Source: Nitrospirota bacterium (GTDB taxonomy: Bacteria > Nitrospirota > Nitrospiria > Nitrospirales > Nitrospiraceae). Taken from it: DNA of 64,000 nucleotides. The position numbers and the translations under genes were made by a program. The stretch spans positions 160,001-224,000 of the forward strand of contig CAVPBK010000006.1 of NCBI GenBank assembly GCA_963701855.1, in the 5' to 3' direction. Under the pieces are notes generated by a model that saw only the letters and a program-made list of their open reading frames with translations, was not told the origin of the DNA and searched no databases. Shown piece by piece: positions 63,988-64,000 of the stretch. Each line of letters opens with the position of its first letter. Position 1 is the first letter of the stretch.

Positions 63988-64000
63988 CTATTCGTGGGCA

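Overview
Bacterial chromosomal window. Gene content, gene order and the intergenic repeats suggest a Nitrospira-like (Nitrospirota) genome; this is inference, not a database result. The core regions are: ileS-nadA; a TPP-riboswitch-controlled thiC-thi4 locus; ygfZ and phoD; a Fur/iron cluster at 25.4-40.6 kb (Fe3+ ABC transporter, ExbB/ExbD/TonB, ApbE, porin, FMN-binding protein, HD-GYP, di-heme MauG/CcP-like protein, atypical bacterioferritin); topA-dprA-rng-rodA-mrdA-mreBCD; queA; asd; and the ilvC-psd-pssA-(Leu T-box)-leuA-leuB region. An accessory island at about 12.6-20.5 kb holds repeated copies of one small gene's 3' end, decayed toxin-antitoxin modules, an integron-integrase remnant, one canonical attC site and two candidate defence/nucleic-acid-conflict operons. 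These operons are DUF262 + HEPN/beta-barrel and dual-OB + 2x DUF488. Features missing from the ORF track include a 59-aa Com-like zinc-finger gene heading the porin/flavinylation operon and a modular, covarying inverted-repeat family whose ends often coincide with TAG stop codons. No tRNA, rRNA or CRISPR array was seen. All family assignments come from motif recognition by eye.
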